Positions 1-12,245 of a stretch of 64,000 nucleotides of DNA are shown here, in pieces. A program made the position numbers and the translations under genes. Source of the DNA: the human T2T-CHM13v2.0 reference genome, Homo sapiens; the NCBI RefSeq assembly GCF_009914755.1, contig NC_060929.1; one strand, written 5' to 3'. How positions within the stretch are numbered: the first letter of the stretch is position 1; each line of letters starts with the position of its first letter. The notes under the pieces were generated by a model. That model was not told the DNA's origin, did not search any database, and saw only the letters and a list, made by a program, of their open reading frames with translations.

Positions 1-651
1 TGCTGGGATTACAGGTGTGAGCCACCGCGCCCGGCCTGAAAAGTGCATCTTCATTTTACAGGGAATTCTTTCAAATCAAATAATCAAAAACTGTAAAAGG
101 GGGCAAAGTACTTTTTTGCAGATCTACAAGTTTCTTATGTAAATAGGAAAAAAAGCCTTTGCTTTTCTGGTATAAGCATTTAAATTAAAAGAGGAATGAA
201 ACTGTTTTCTATCCACAATGTGTGAGGATGTTTTTTATACTGCTGCCTGAAGTTTAAGTTGCTGATTACTTTTTAAATAGATAATTTGGTGGTAAGTACT
301 ATATTTTAAAAATGCGTATGCCCGTTACCCTTCAATTCCATTATACTAAAATACCCTTGGGAAATAGAGATACATGCACTTTGTTTTTCACAGCACTTAT
401 TTTAAAAAGAACCCATAGAATGGATCTTATAAGTAAATTTCAGTTGCATCCATAGGATGCAATAATATGTGACCATCAAAGGTGACAATAGATATAGAAG
501 TACGTTGATGTGCAAAGATGTATTTTGTTTTAGCCAGCGAGGAAAAAAGAATCAGTTTGATTATACATTTACCAAACATTAAGAATTTAATATGGTAACT
601 TTTATTTCAGTATTAAAATAGCAATTTTATTTATTACTTTTTTATATATAG

Positions 652-707
652 AATTCGACACCAAATTTTGGAACTTAAAAAGAAGATTCTTAAAACTTAC
701 AATCCAG
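652..707 (+). other. Putative upstream exon of the FAM153 transcript (encodes IRHQILELKKKILKTYNP, ends in phase 1)
   Basis: T-rich tract ending in ...atatAG at 650-651; strong donor CAG|GTAAGA at 708; open frame. A second exon-like block at 534..594 has tttgttttAG and ATG|GTAACT. Confidence 0.5.
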
Positions 708-1131
708 GTAAGACTTCTGATAGTGAATTTCTCATTTCTCGTGGTGGTCCTACTCTTGGTTTAAAAAAATTAAGATGTAAGATTAAGGTAGTTTTGAAGG
801 AAAAGAAAAGTTTAAAAAGATGTGTAAATTGCATGTATATATACATATATACATACATGTAAATTAGTTTCTTATATTTAACTTCTTTAGTTTGGAATTA
901 AGAGTTATTTAAGAAGGTAGTTGTAGCTGATTTATAATCTCAAACAGTATTATCTGAAAAAAAATCATTTACTTAATTATGATCCCGAAAATCCTATATA
1001 ATATTTATGTTTTCTCTATAGTCACATTGTAACAAATTGGACTTGTTATACATATGGATCTTCTAGTTCATTTTTGTAATAAGTTGTTTATTTTTATAAT
1101 AAATTGTTTATATTTAGTAAATACATAATTA

Positions 1132-1559
1132 CAGTTGACCCATGAATAATTTGGGGGTTAGGGGCTCTGATTCCAGTGCAGCTGAAAATCTAAGTATAAC
1201 TTTTGATTTTCCCAATTTAGCTACTAATAGCCCACTATTGACTGGAAGCCTTCCTGATAACATAAACGGTCGATTAACACCTATTTTATTTGTGCTGCAT
1301 TATTATATACTGTGTTCTTACAATAAAGTAAGCTAGACAAGTGAAGCTGTTAGAAAGAAAATCTGCAGGAAAAATATATTGACTTTTCATAAAGCGTAAA
1401 TGGATCCTCACAAAGGTCTTCATCTTTATCATCTTCAGGTTGTTCAGGCTGAGAAGGAAGAGAGGTTGGTCTTGCTGTCTCTGGGTTGCAGAGGCAGAAG
1501 AAAATCTGCATATAAATGAACTCCTGCAGCTCAAACCCTTGCTGTTCAAGGGTGAACTG
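1132..1559. mobile_element. Tigger2a/MER28-like non-autonomous DNA transposon fossil
   Basis: Terminal inverted repeats CAGTTGACCCATGAA... and ...TTCAAGGGTGAACTG, with TA on both sides (1130-31, 1560-61); about 430 bp. Confidence 0.8.
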
Positions 1560-2169
1560 TATTACCTGTTAATTTGTGTCACTAAGGAAGTATCTTTAGA
1601 ACCGGGAACTCAACAATCCCTTTCTCGTAGAATAAATAAATGGCAGTAAGAACTGTAAAAGTGAACCAGTGTGCACCCATACGAATAGGAGATTATTTTT
1701 TGAAGATACCTACTGAGTGCAGAAAACAGAAAAGCAATTCCTTTGTGAGAAGCACAAGTTATGTTACATATTCTTACATAAGCAAAATGGTTTTATCTGT
1801 CATAGTTTACACACACACGTGCACATACACACATGTGCGTTCGGGTGCGCACACACACACACACACACAAAGTTAAAAGTCCTGCTGATTGTTAATGACC
1901 AAATCCACTGCTTGCAGGGAGTAGTGGATAACACAGCCTACAGCTTGCATGCAATTCTTTTGGCTTTTTGACTTGTTCTGTGATGAACTGCCTTGAATGG
2001 GTCAACCATGTTTTAGTCTTATGAGAAATGAAAAGATTAGGGGCAAGTAAAAGGAACTCTATGATCAGTAGTTATACTATTATACTATTATACTATATTC
2101 AATGGTTATGCTTTTTTCCAGTTATACAAGTTACTTGAATGATGCACAATTAATTTATTATCATTATTA

Positions 2170-2672
2170 TAAGAGATGGGCTCTCTCTATGTTGCCCAGG
2201 CTAGAATATGGTGTCTATTCAGTGGTACAGTCATAGCTCACTGTAGCCTGGAACTTCTGGGCTCAAGCAGTCCTCCTACCTCATCCTCCTGAGTAGCTGG
2301 GATTGTAGCCATGTGTAGTTACATCTAGCTGGATACACAATCATTTATTTATTTATTCATTTTTATTATTATTATTTTTTCAGACAGGTCCCCCTCTGTT
2401 GCCAGTACTGGAGTGCAGTGGTGGGATCTATCTTGGCTCCCTGCAACTTCTGCTTTCTGGCCTTAAATGATTCTTTCACCTCAGCCTCCCAAGTAGCTGG
2501 GACTACAGGCATGCCCCACCACGCTTGGCTAATTTTCCTTTTAAGGTTTTTTTTTCCTCACTATATTGCCCAGCCTGGTCTGGAAGTCTGGAACTTCTGG
2601 GCTCAAGTGATCCTCCTGCTTCGGCCTCCCAAAATGCTAGGATTTTACAGATGTGAGCCACCACACCTGGCC
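2170..2672 (-). mobile_element. Two old (AluJ/FLAM-type) Alu elements
   Basis: Diverged Alu motifs (gttgcccaggct, gctcaagtgatcctcc, gtgagccaccacacctggcc) with A/T-rich tails. Confidence 0.8.
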
Positions 2673-3021
2673 TGCACAATTATTATAAAAAGGAATTAAG
2701 CCCAGTTGAGTTGCAGAAAATTGACCACCTTTTCATTTTTTTTTCTAGAAACATTCATATTGTAGAACATATTGTCAATCATCAAGATTCCCTATTTTTT
2801 ATTCTGGTAAAACTAGGATTGCTGCTTATTTCCCATTATTTTCTAACAATTGCTTCACTTATTTCTTTTATGGCTTTAATCAGTTGAGTATAGAAATACA
2901 AGAACCTCCAAGTCAAATATCAAGGAAAGAAAAGAAAAACAGATTAGGGAAAGTTATTCTGTGAAATAACCATCTGATTATAGGTCATGTCAACTTAATA
3001 AAAACCTTATATAATGCATTT

Positions 3022-3560
3022 GTGACAAGGGTTCCCAAGACCACCCCCAGGTTTGGTGATTCACTAGAAGGACTCACAGGATTCAGCAAATAATCATATT
3101 CAGATCTTTAATTGATTACAATGAAAGGGTACAAGCAAAATGAGAGGGAAAAGGTGCATGTGGTGGTCAAGTCTGGAGGAAACCAGGCACAAGCTTCCAG
3201 AAGTTCTCTCCTGTGGAGTTCCCAGGATCTGCTTAATTCTCCCAGCCTCACATTTTGACAACCCATGTGCAGTGATGTCTACCAGTCCCAGAATCTCATT
3301 AGAGACTCAGTACCCAAGTGTTTTTTATGGAGGTTACTCTCCCTCATATGTACCCACATTCCGACTCTCAGAAGGAAAGCAGCTGCTCAGAAGTAACCGC
3401 ATTGTTTCTATAAACACTTTAGACACAGTGACCAGTCTTAGGGCATGGTGGGAACCCTCCCAATTCCAATTTCCTAAACAACAGCCAAGGGCCAGGCTTG
3501 CATGCGGGTCTTTCTAAGGACGGCAGTCTCTCTCCTGCTATATGAAATCTTTCCTGCACA
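3022..3560. mobile_element. Old ERVL-type LTR fragment (MER21 group)
   Basis: Motif tgtgacaagggttcccaagaccacccccaggtttggtgattcactagaaggactcacagga resembles MER21-group LTRs as I recall them. Confidence 0.5.
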
Positions 3561-4169
3561 ACAGTTTTAGCCCCAACTTAATTTTTGGTGCTGTTTTAAA
3601 ATTTCATTTTAACAGCAAATAATATTATAAGATAAGGTAACCTGGTGCTAGTTTCTGTTGCATGATCCATCCTGTGTTGCAATGCTGGCTACCTTTTTGA
3701 CTTCTGGTGACTCACAGGTATTTGAATGGAAGTTACCATAGCAATATTAAGCAATTATAATCTGTCCTTCTTATCTCTTTAACCTTTCAGTGAAAGTGTT
3801 AAATTGAATAAGCATAATAATTTCTGAGTTAAAATTGGAATAAAAATGGTCTTTTATTTTGATTATGTGAATCTAGTTTTCATATCGTGCTAAATCCCTG
3901 TTTAGAGTTAGGAAATAAGATATTTAATCATTTTATCAATATTTTCTTGCCTAAGCTTGCAATTGAATTTATTTGTTTTATGCATTTTCTATACTGCGAT
4001 TTGAGAAATCATGCCCACATGCTGTTACTTTGGTCTTTAATGATCTCCAATTTTTAGGGTTACCACTGTGTCCTGCTTAAATATATCATAATAACAGATT
4101 CAGTGAATATCTTTTATTTTTTATTTTTGTTCTGGAAATCCTGGGATGCATAGACAGTGAATATGTTTT

Positions 4170-4610
4170 TTAAATCAATAACTCTATTTCTTATAGCAGT
4201 TTTAGGTTCACAGCAAAATCGGAGGAAGGTACAGAGATTTCTCCTCTGTTCCATGCCTCCCACACATGCACGGCCTCCCCCATGATTAGTATTTTCCACC
4301 AGAGTGGTACATTTGTTACAACTGATGATCCTACATTGACACATTATAATCACTCAAAGTTCATAGTTGACATCAGGCTCCATTCTTAATACTGTACATT
4401 CTGTGAATTTGGACAAATGTATAATGACATGTGTCTATTTATTATAGATAGAACAGTTTCACTGCCCTAAAAATGCTCTATTCTCTGCCTGTTCATCTCT
4501 CCCTTTCTCCCTAGCAGCTGCTGGAAACCACTGATCTTTTATCTGTCTTCATAGTTTTACTTTTTTCAGGAGAGTCATATAGTTGAAATAATACAATGGA
4601 TATCTTTTTG
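4170..4610 (-). mobile_element. Old L1M (L1MA/L1MB) 3' end fragment
   Basis: tttaggttcacagcaaaat...ggtacagagatttc and ggaaaccactgatctttt motifs typical of L1M 3' UTRs. Confidence 0.65.
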
Positions 4611-5618
4611 AATAGTTAAAAAAGTAAAGTTCCATGGTAATTGAATGTAGTCATTTAAGATGTTCTTTGTCCTTTTGTTTTTCTTTAGCTTCTTTGTCTT
4701 TGTAAGGTCTGATGACATATGCTTTACATACTTAGGAAACATGATTTGTATAGGCCTTTGCCACATAATGGAAAGGGTTGAGGAAAATGACACCATGCAA
4801 TACCACACAGCACAAACTGGAGCATCTTGCTCCAGTGAGGTGGGTCCAGATAGACTCCCTAGCAATGGAAGGGGAGAAGCTCAAGAGGTTGTACTTTAAA
4901 AAACTGGAATCACAAAGTCTTTCATACTTACCTTGGGTTGGAAATAAGACCAGGCAGTGAATGTTATAGATAAATACATATGTTCCTCACTGATCCTCTT
5001 CCTTTGAGGGATGAGTTTGAAAACAGTCTGTGTTATGATGACATGACTCACCTGCAACTAGATTCTGTGTCGTGAGGGACGGCAGTTTTGCTTTGTGTGA
5101 GGTGAAAAAGAATTTTTTTCTCCTACTAGGGAAAGGGGCAAGCATTGGAACATTCTGGCAGCAAGAGGGCATTGATAGTTTTCTTTCTGTATATTTTTCA
5201 CATCATATAGTACTGCCTGGCAGCCTGGCACACCTCGCCGGTGTTTCTTAAGCTTCTCTCTGAATGTGAGGCGTGGTTCCGAGTGTATAAGCTCTTAAAG
5301 GAGTGATCTTTCCAGTGGTTCTTTCCGTGGGAGGTAAAATGGCAGGTGAATTTGGGCCTTCTTATACGTAGGGCAGAGTATATAGCTACAACTAAGGAAA
5401 CCACCCAGCACCTTCCCCAGAAGAGTAGTATCCAGAGTAACACATTGAGCTCTCTTGAGCTCTTCTCCACTGGCAGCTGGAAAGTTTTTGCAAGGATCCC
5501 TGTTGCTGGTCTGATTCCTACATTCTGCTGGCTTCTGGTGATAGGGTGTTTGATTCTATACTGAAAAGTTTTAACTGAAGAGCTAGAGAGGCTGTGTTGT
5601 GTTACAACAAAATAAGTG

Positions 5619-6497
5619 CAGTAGTTCCCCGTTAACTATGGGAGATAACATTCTAAGACACCCCCAGTGAATGCCTGAGACCACAAATAGTACTGAATCA
5701 CCCACTGGTTTTTCCTACACATACATAACCATGATAATATTTAATGTATAAATTAGGCACAGTAAGAAACGAACAATAAAATAACAAATTATACTGTAAT
5801 AAAAGTTACTTGAATGTGGTCTCTTGAAATATATTGTACGGTTCTCACCCATTTTTTTTTTTTTTGGGACGGAGTCTCGCTCTGTCGCCCAGGCTGGAGT
5901 TCAATGCTGTGATCTCGGCTCGCTGCAAGCTCTGCCTCCTGGGTTCACACCATTCTGCTGCCTCAGCCTCCGGAGTAGCTGGGACTACAGGCACCCGCCA
6001 CAAAGCCCGGCTAATTTTTTTTTTTTTTATTTCTTTAGTAGAGATGGGGTTTCACCGTGTTAGCCAGGATGGTCTTGATCTCCTGACCTCGTGATCCGCC
6101 CGCCTCGGCCTCCCAAAGTGCTGGGATTACAGGTGTGAGCCACTGCACCCGGCTGGTTCTCACCCTTTTTCTTGTGATGATGTGAAGTGATACAATGCCC
6201 GTGTAATGAGATGAACTGAGGTGAATGACGTGATCCTAGATCGTCAGGCCTTGATGTTGGCGGCGGGCTACAGGAGGAGACCGTGTTGATGACTAACGGG
6301 TGGACAGCATGTGCAGTGTGGGTGCACTGCAGGACGATTCACATCCTGGGCTGGATAGAGGGTGCTGACGGTTTCACTGTGCTTCTCGGAATGGCACACT
6401 AAAACTTATGACCTCTTTATTTCTGGAGTTTTCCGTGTATATTTTTGGAATACAGTTGACTATTAGTAACTGTAACCACAGAAATCAAAACTGCAGA
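5619..6497 (+). mobile_element. MER44-like (Tigger7 group) DNA transposon interrupted by an AluY
   Basis: Starts cagtagttccccgttaactatgggagataacattctaagacacccccagtg (MER44-like terminus) and resumes after the Alu. Confidence 0.6.
5852..6154 (-). mobile_element. AluY with 11-bp TSD
   Basis: Full dimeric Alu with AluY diagnostics (gcaagctc, caccgtgttagccaggatgg); TSD ggttctcaccc at 5840..5850 and 6155..6165. Confidence 0.92.
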
Positions 6498-6499
6498 TG

Positions 6500-7315
6500 T
6501 AAAATCTCTGGATCTTAACTCATTTGTTGGGTACAATTCTTAAAATCCTTAGGATTTCCAAAGTGATGTTTTTTTGTATGCTAATGATCCATGGCTGGAA
6601 GCCCCTAGGTAGCTTCAGGATGGGAACTGGTCACCATCCTGAAGACATGATTGATTAGAGTGTTGAGATCTTCTGTCTCATTCAGGAGACTCTGGAGAGG
6701 AGAGAAGAGCTGAAGGTTGTCAGTCACCAAAGGCCAGTGATTAATCAGTGATACCAATATAATGAAGCTTTCATCAAGACCCAAAGTGACTGGGCTTGGA
6801 GAGCTTCCAGATGGCTGAATGCATGGAGGCTCCTACAGGATGGTGTGTCCTGGGAGGGCATGGAATCTCCGTGCCACCTCCCCCATACTTTGCACTATGC
6901 ATCTCTTCATCTGTATCTTTTGTAATGTCATTCATAGAAAACTGGTAAATGTGTTTCCCTGAGTACTTTGAGCCACTCTAGCAATTCAATTTAACCCAAA
7001 GAGGGAGTCCTGGGAACCTCAATTTGAAGACAGTTGGCCAGAAGTTCTGGAGTTTCAGACCTACAACTGATGTAGGGAGGCAGTTTCATGGGACTGAGCC
7101 CTTTACCTGTGCAATCTGATGCTATCTGCAGATAGAGTGTGAGAATTGACTTAGAGGATGCCCAGTTTGTGTCATCGGCAGAAATGATTGCTTACTTGTT
7201 GGTGGAGAAAAACCCTCCACACGTTTTGTCACAGGAGACTTCTTTGTTATTGTTGCTGTGACGTGACAGCAGAGAAAAACAGGTCAAATGTGTCTTTTCC
7301 ACACATACAGTGGAC
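6500..7315. mobile_element. MER21-like LTR
   Basis: gtatgctaatga...cccctaggtagcttcaggatgggaactggtcacc and related motifs resemble MER21B/C as I recall them. Confidence 0.5.
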
Positions 7316-8944
7316 AAGGGGTACTACTGTATACTCTGTTTGAACTGCCCGTCATGTTTTGGTCCTGAAATCATGCTCTTTGACACTGTTCATTCATCAC
7401 ACCTGTTCTGCTAACAATACCATTTTTAGTCAATCTCACAGGGTTTGGCTAGGATAACTTGTATACTGCGGTTCACTTGTAGATATCAAATTTTATAAAT
7501 TTATTCTTCTTTGCATTTAATAAATACAAAGTAAGGGAAGTAAGAGTTCTTACTGCATTAATTATCTACTAATAGGTATAATTAATATTAATTCTAATAA
7601 GGTCCCGGTTATGCTCCCAAAGGAATGCTATATAACAAAGCATCAGTCCTATGCTTTAAAAAAAGAAAAGAAAAGAAAAGAAAAAAACATGGTCTGAAGT
7701 CTGCACACAAGTGTGCATAACTTTTTTGTGAAGATAGAGTCTTGCTGTTTCCCAAGCTGGCCTCAAACTTCTGGGTTCCTCAAGTGATCCTCCTGCCTCA
7801 GCCTCCCAAGTAGTTGGGAATACAGGCATGTATCACTGTGCCTTCTTATGCTTTTAATATTCTATACAATTATTATTGATTTATAATGCAGTATACCTTT
7901 TTCTTTAATAGATTCTGGGAGTTCTGATGAATATGCAGTCAGGTAGGATTTTACAGATTTAAAAAAATATGTTAACTAAGGAAATATAGATGGAAGAGAT
8001 TCATATCTGTTGAGTGTTGTATTCTGGGCTAAACCCCTATTGTGTGCTATGCATTTATCATCCCATAAAGCCATTGCAACATCTGTGTTCTTATAACCTA
8101 CTGTTTATTACATAGGCAACTGTGGTTTAGAGGTTGATTAATTGGCTCATGACCCCGTAGTTAACAAAGTAGCTGACCCACAGTTAAACCATCAGCCTGT
8201 CTGGCTTCCAGATCCCTTATCTTGCTCCTCAGCATAGATTGATAGAAATCTGTGCAGCACTTGGATCAAGGTACACGTCTGAATCAGATTAATTTAGACA
8301 GTCAAATCTGGTTGTATGTTAACTCTCATTTAAGGTTATTGTTAGAAATGTGGTTAGTCCAAGAGTTTCTCCTCATAAATTTGACAGTTTCAGTGGTAGC
8401 CAATATCTTATTTTACCATCAAAGGCTTTAGGGCAAAGTAAAGGTTTGGCCATAGGATTATAATTTTACAAAAGCAAGATTAGACAAGTCTCAGAAATTA
8501 TTTGACTTCCCAGTTTGGTTTTCCCTTTAGGCTAGTACTTCTGCTTAATTCCATAATACTTTTTTTTAGACTTTTTCCTTTTTCCATGACATTTCTATAA
8601 TCCTGTCTTGATGTTGTAAAACTTTCTTCTCTGCTTTTCTTGGTCTTTCTTTTGTTGTATTATTTTTTCAAAATCTGCTGACTATGTATTCCCAGTTTTC
8701 TTATAGACAGAATCAAAAGCACATAGAATTACAGAATTTTAAGGAATCATAGGACAAATTAAAATAACCTCTAGTACTTTAACCTGTGTTAAACATTCTG
8801 GTCAAGTGTTTCTCTAGATAGAGAACGTGAGACTCAAAGAGATTAGGATAGTTTTTTTATATATAGGAAGTGGCAGAAAGGAGATTTCAACTCATTTTAA
8901 AGCTCAGTACTTGTCTTTTTTTTTTTTTTTATCCTATTGGCATG

Positions 8945-9255
8945 TTTTTCTGTTTGTTTTTTGTTTTATTTTGTTTTTTTGAGACAGTCTCTCTCTGCTG
9001 CCCAGGCTGGAGTGCAGTGGCACAGTCTTGGCTCAATGCAACCTCTGCCGCCCGAGTTCAAGTGATTCTCCTGCCTCAGCCTCCTGAGTAGCTGGGATTA
9101 CATGCACTTGCCACTACACCCGGGTAGTATTTGTATTTTAAGTAGAGGTGGGGTTTCAGCATCTTGGCCACGCTGGCCTTGAACTTCAGACCTCGATCCA
9201 CTCGTCTCCACCACCCAAAGTGCTGAGATCACAGGCAAGAGCCACGACGCCAGGT
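8945..9255 (-). mobile_element. AluS
   Basis: Dimeric antisense Alu with T-rich tail. Confidence 0.85.
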
Positions 9256-9309
9256 TTGGCATGTGTTTTAATAATACAAAGTAGGTCGGGGCACAGTGGC
9301 TCACAACTG

Positions 9310-12245
9310 TAGGTCCTCATTTGCATGAGCTAAGTTTTTCATAGCAATCAAAAGCAAAGCAAGCCCAGGTGTTCGCCATTCTCCTTAATGGCATCAAGCC
9401 CAGGGTTTGAGAGCCGTTTTCATTGGCCCCAGATGACCTGTTCATACCTGTCTTCATTGTGCCCAGCTCGGGGCTTCAAAGCTGGCTTCATCCAGGCCTG
9501 CAAAGGTGTTCGCAGTGGTCCTCATCTAAGCCAGCCAAGGTGTTCTCTTACCATCCACACGATAGCCAGCCCAGATGTCCCTAGCCGTCCTCATCGAGGC
9601 CAGCCAGTTTGTTCACACTCGTGCTTATTGGGGCCAGCCACCTTCATAGAGGTCGTCTCAGGTATTTACAGGCATCCTCACTGGGGCCAGCCCATGTGTC
9701 CACAGCTGTCCTCAGTGGGCATAGCCCGGGTGTTCATAGTTTTCCTCACTGGACTTAATCCAGGTGTTCTGAGCAATTCACATGGTCCCAGGCCAGGTGT
9801 TGACAGGTGTCCTCAATGGGGATGGCCCAGATGTTCACCGTTGTCTTAATTAGGCCAAGTGCAGATGCCCATAGCTGCCTCACAGGGCTCAGCCAAAAGG
9901 AACAAGGCTGTTCTCCTGAGCCCACATCACGTATTTATAGCTTTCCACATTGGGGTCAGCCCAGGTGTTGGTAGCCATGCATTCTGGGCCAATCCGTTAT
10001 TCCAAGCTGTTTCCTTGGGCCCAGCCCAGGTGTCCACAGCCATCCTCATTGGTCCAGCACAGGTGTTCAGAGCTATCCTCCTTGGCCCCAGGCCAGATGT
10101 TGACACTCGATCTGACTGGGCCCAGACCGGGTATGCAAAGCTGTCTTAACTGGGAGCAGCCCATGCTTTCACAGCGGTCTTCACTGGTGTCAGCCAGGTT
10201 TCTCAGAACTGTCACTTGGCCGAACCTTGGTGTACATTGCCATCCCCATGGAGCACAGCTCAGGTATCCATAGCCATCCTCGCTGGGGCCAGCTGAGGTG
10301 TTCCCAGCCATCCTCATTTGTCTCAGTGCAGGGGTTCACAGCTGTCCTCATTGGCTGAGCCTAGTTGTTCCTTGCAATCATTACTTGAGCAAGACCAGGT
10401 GTTCATGGCTGTTCTAATTGGGGGCGAGCCCAGGAGTTAATGGTGCTCCTCATCTGGGCCAGCCCAGGTATCCACAGCCATCCTCATCATGATCAGTTTC
10501 AGTGTTCAAAGCTGTCCTCCTGAGGCCAGCCTGGTTGTTCGCTGCTGCTTTTACTGGGCCCAGCCCAGGTTTTCCCAGCTTCCCTCACTGGGGCTAGCGC
10601 AGGTGTTCACAGCTTTCCTCATTGGGCCCAGGCCATGGGTTCATAGCCATCTTCATCAGGCAAAGCCAAGGTGTTCACAGCCATTTTTTCCGGGTCCAGC
10701 CGAAGTCGCCCTCACTTGGGCCCAGCCCAGGTGTTAATAGTCGTCATCAGTGGGATTAGCCCAGTTGTTCACAGCATCTTTCTAGGGCTGAGTTTAGGTG
10801 TCAAGAGCCATTCATCTTGGGCCCAGCCAGCTGTTCATAGGCATCCTCATGGGGACAGGCCCAAGTGCTCACAGTGGCTCTCACTGAAACCAGGGCAGGT
10901 GTTTTCGGCTGTCTTCATTGGGCCCAGCCTAGACATTCATAGCTGTGCTCAAGGCGACCAGCCACGATGTTAACAGCTGTCTTCAGGGCAATCGTCCCCG
11001 GTGCCACAGCTGTCCTTATTGGCTTAGCCCAAGTGTTCTCAGCTGTTCTCGTTGGACCCAGGCCAGGTGTTCACAGCTGTCCTCACTGGCCCAGCCCAGG
11101 TTTCCATAGCCACCCTCACTGGGCCCAGCTCAGGGCTTCACAGCTGTTTACTCTGGGCCGAGTCCAAACACTCCAAGCTGTCCTTAGAGGGCCCAGCCAA
11201 GGCGTTCACAGCCATCCTCATTGGTAGCTAGCCCAGGTGTTAGTCCTTGTCCTCAGTGGGCCAGACCAGTGTTCACAGACATCCTTATTGGGCCAGCCCA
11301 GGAGTTCCATGCTGACCTCGCTGGGCCCTGCCTAGCACTTCATAGCTGTCCTCACTGGGCCCAGGCCAGGTGTTTGCAGCCATCCCCATCAAGGTCAGCC
11401 CAGGGGTTCACAGCCTTCCTTGTTTGTATGAACTCAGTTTATTATAGCAACAGTTTTTGATGGCTGTCAATATCAAGGCAAGCCCAGGAGTTCACGCTAC
11501 CCCTCAGTAACATCAAGCCCAGGGTTAAGAGCCATTTTCACTGGCCCCAGGCCACCTGTTCATAGCTGTCTTCATTGTTTCCAGCCCAGGGCTTCCCAGC
11601 TGTCTTCATCCAGGCCTGCGCCGGTGTTCACAGTGGTCCTCATCTAAGCCAGCCAAGAAGATCTCTGTCATCCACGTGACAGCCAGCCCAGATGTCCCTA
11701 GCCGTCCTCATCAAGGCCAGCCAGTTTGCTTACACGTGTGCTAATTGGAGCCAGCCACCCTCATAGAGGCCATCCCAGGTACCAACAGCCATCCACACTG
11801 GGCCCAGCCCAGGTGTCCACACCTGTCCCCATTGAGCCTAGCCCTGGTGTTCATGGCTTTTGTCACAGGACTTCTCCCAGTTGTTTCCAGCAGTTTCCAT
11901 GGTCCCAGGCCAGGGTTTCACAGACATCCTCAATGGGGACAGCCCATCTGTTCACCGTTGTCTTAATTAGGCCCAGTGCAGATGTTCACACGTGTCTTCC
12001 TTTGGCTCAGCCAAAATGAACAGAACTCCTGAGCGCATACCAGCGGTTTCTAGCTGTCCACATTGGGGCCAGCCCAGGTGTTCGTAGCCCTACGTTCTGG
12101 GCCCATCCCAGTTATTCCAAGCTGTCCTCTTGGGCCTAGCCCAGGTGTCCACAGCCATTCTCCTTGGTCCCGGCACAGGTGTTCACAGCTATCCTCCTTG
12201 GCCCCAGGCCACATGTTCACATGCCATCTCACTGGGCCCAGAGCA
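9310..12245. repeat. Degenerate ~34-bp tandem array (consensus ~CCTCACTGGGCCCAGCCCAGGTGTTCACAGCTGT) with an internal ~0.8-kb higher-order duplication
   Basis: Period of 33-34 nt measured at 11041/11075/11108/11142; 9310..10128 is clearly paralogous to ~11415..12245 (offset ~2.12 kb). Confidence 0.88.
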
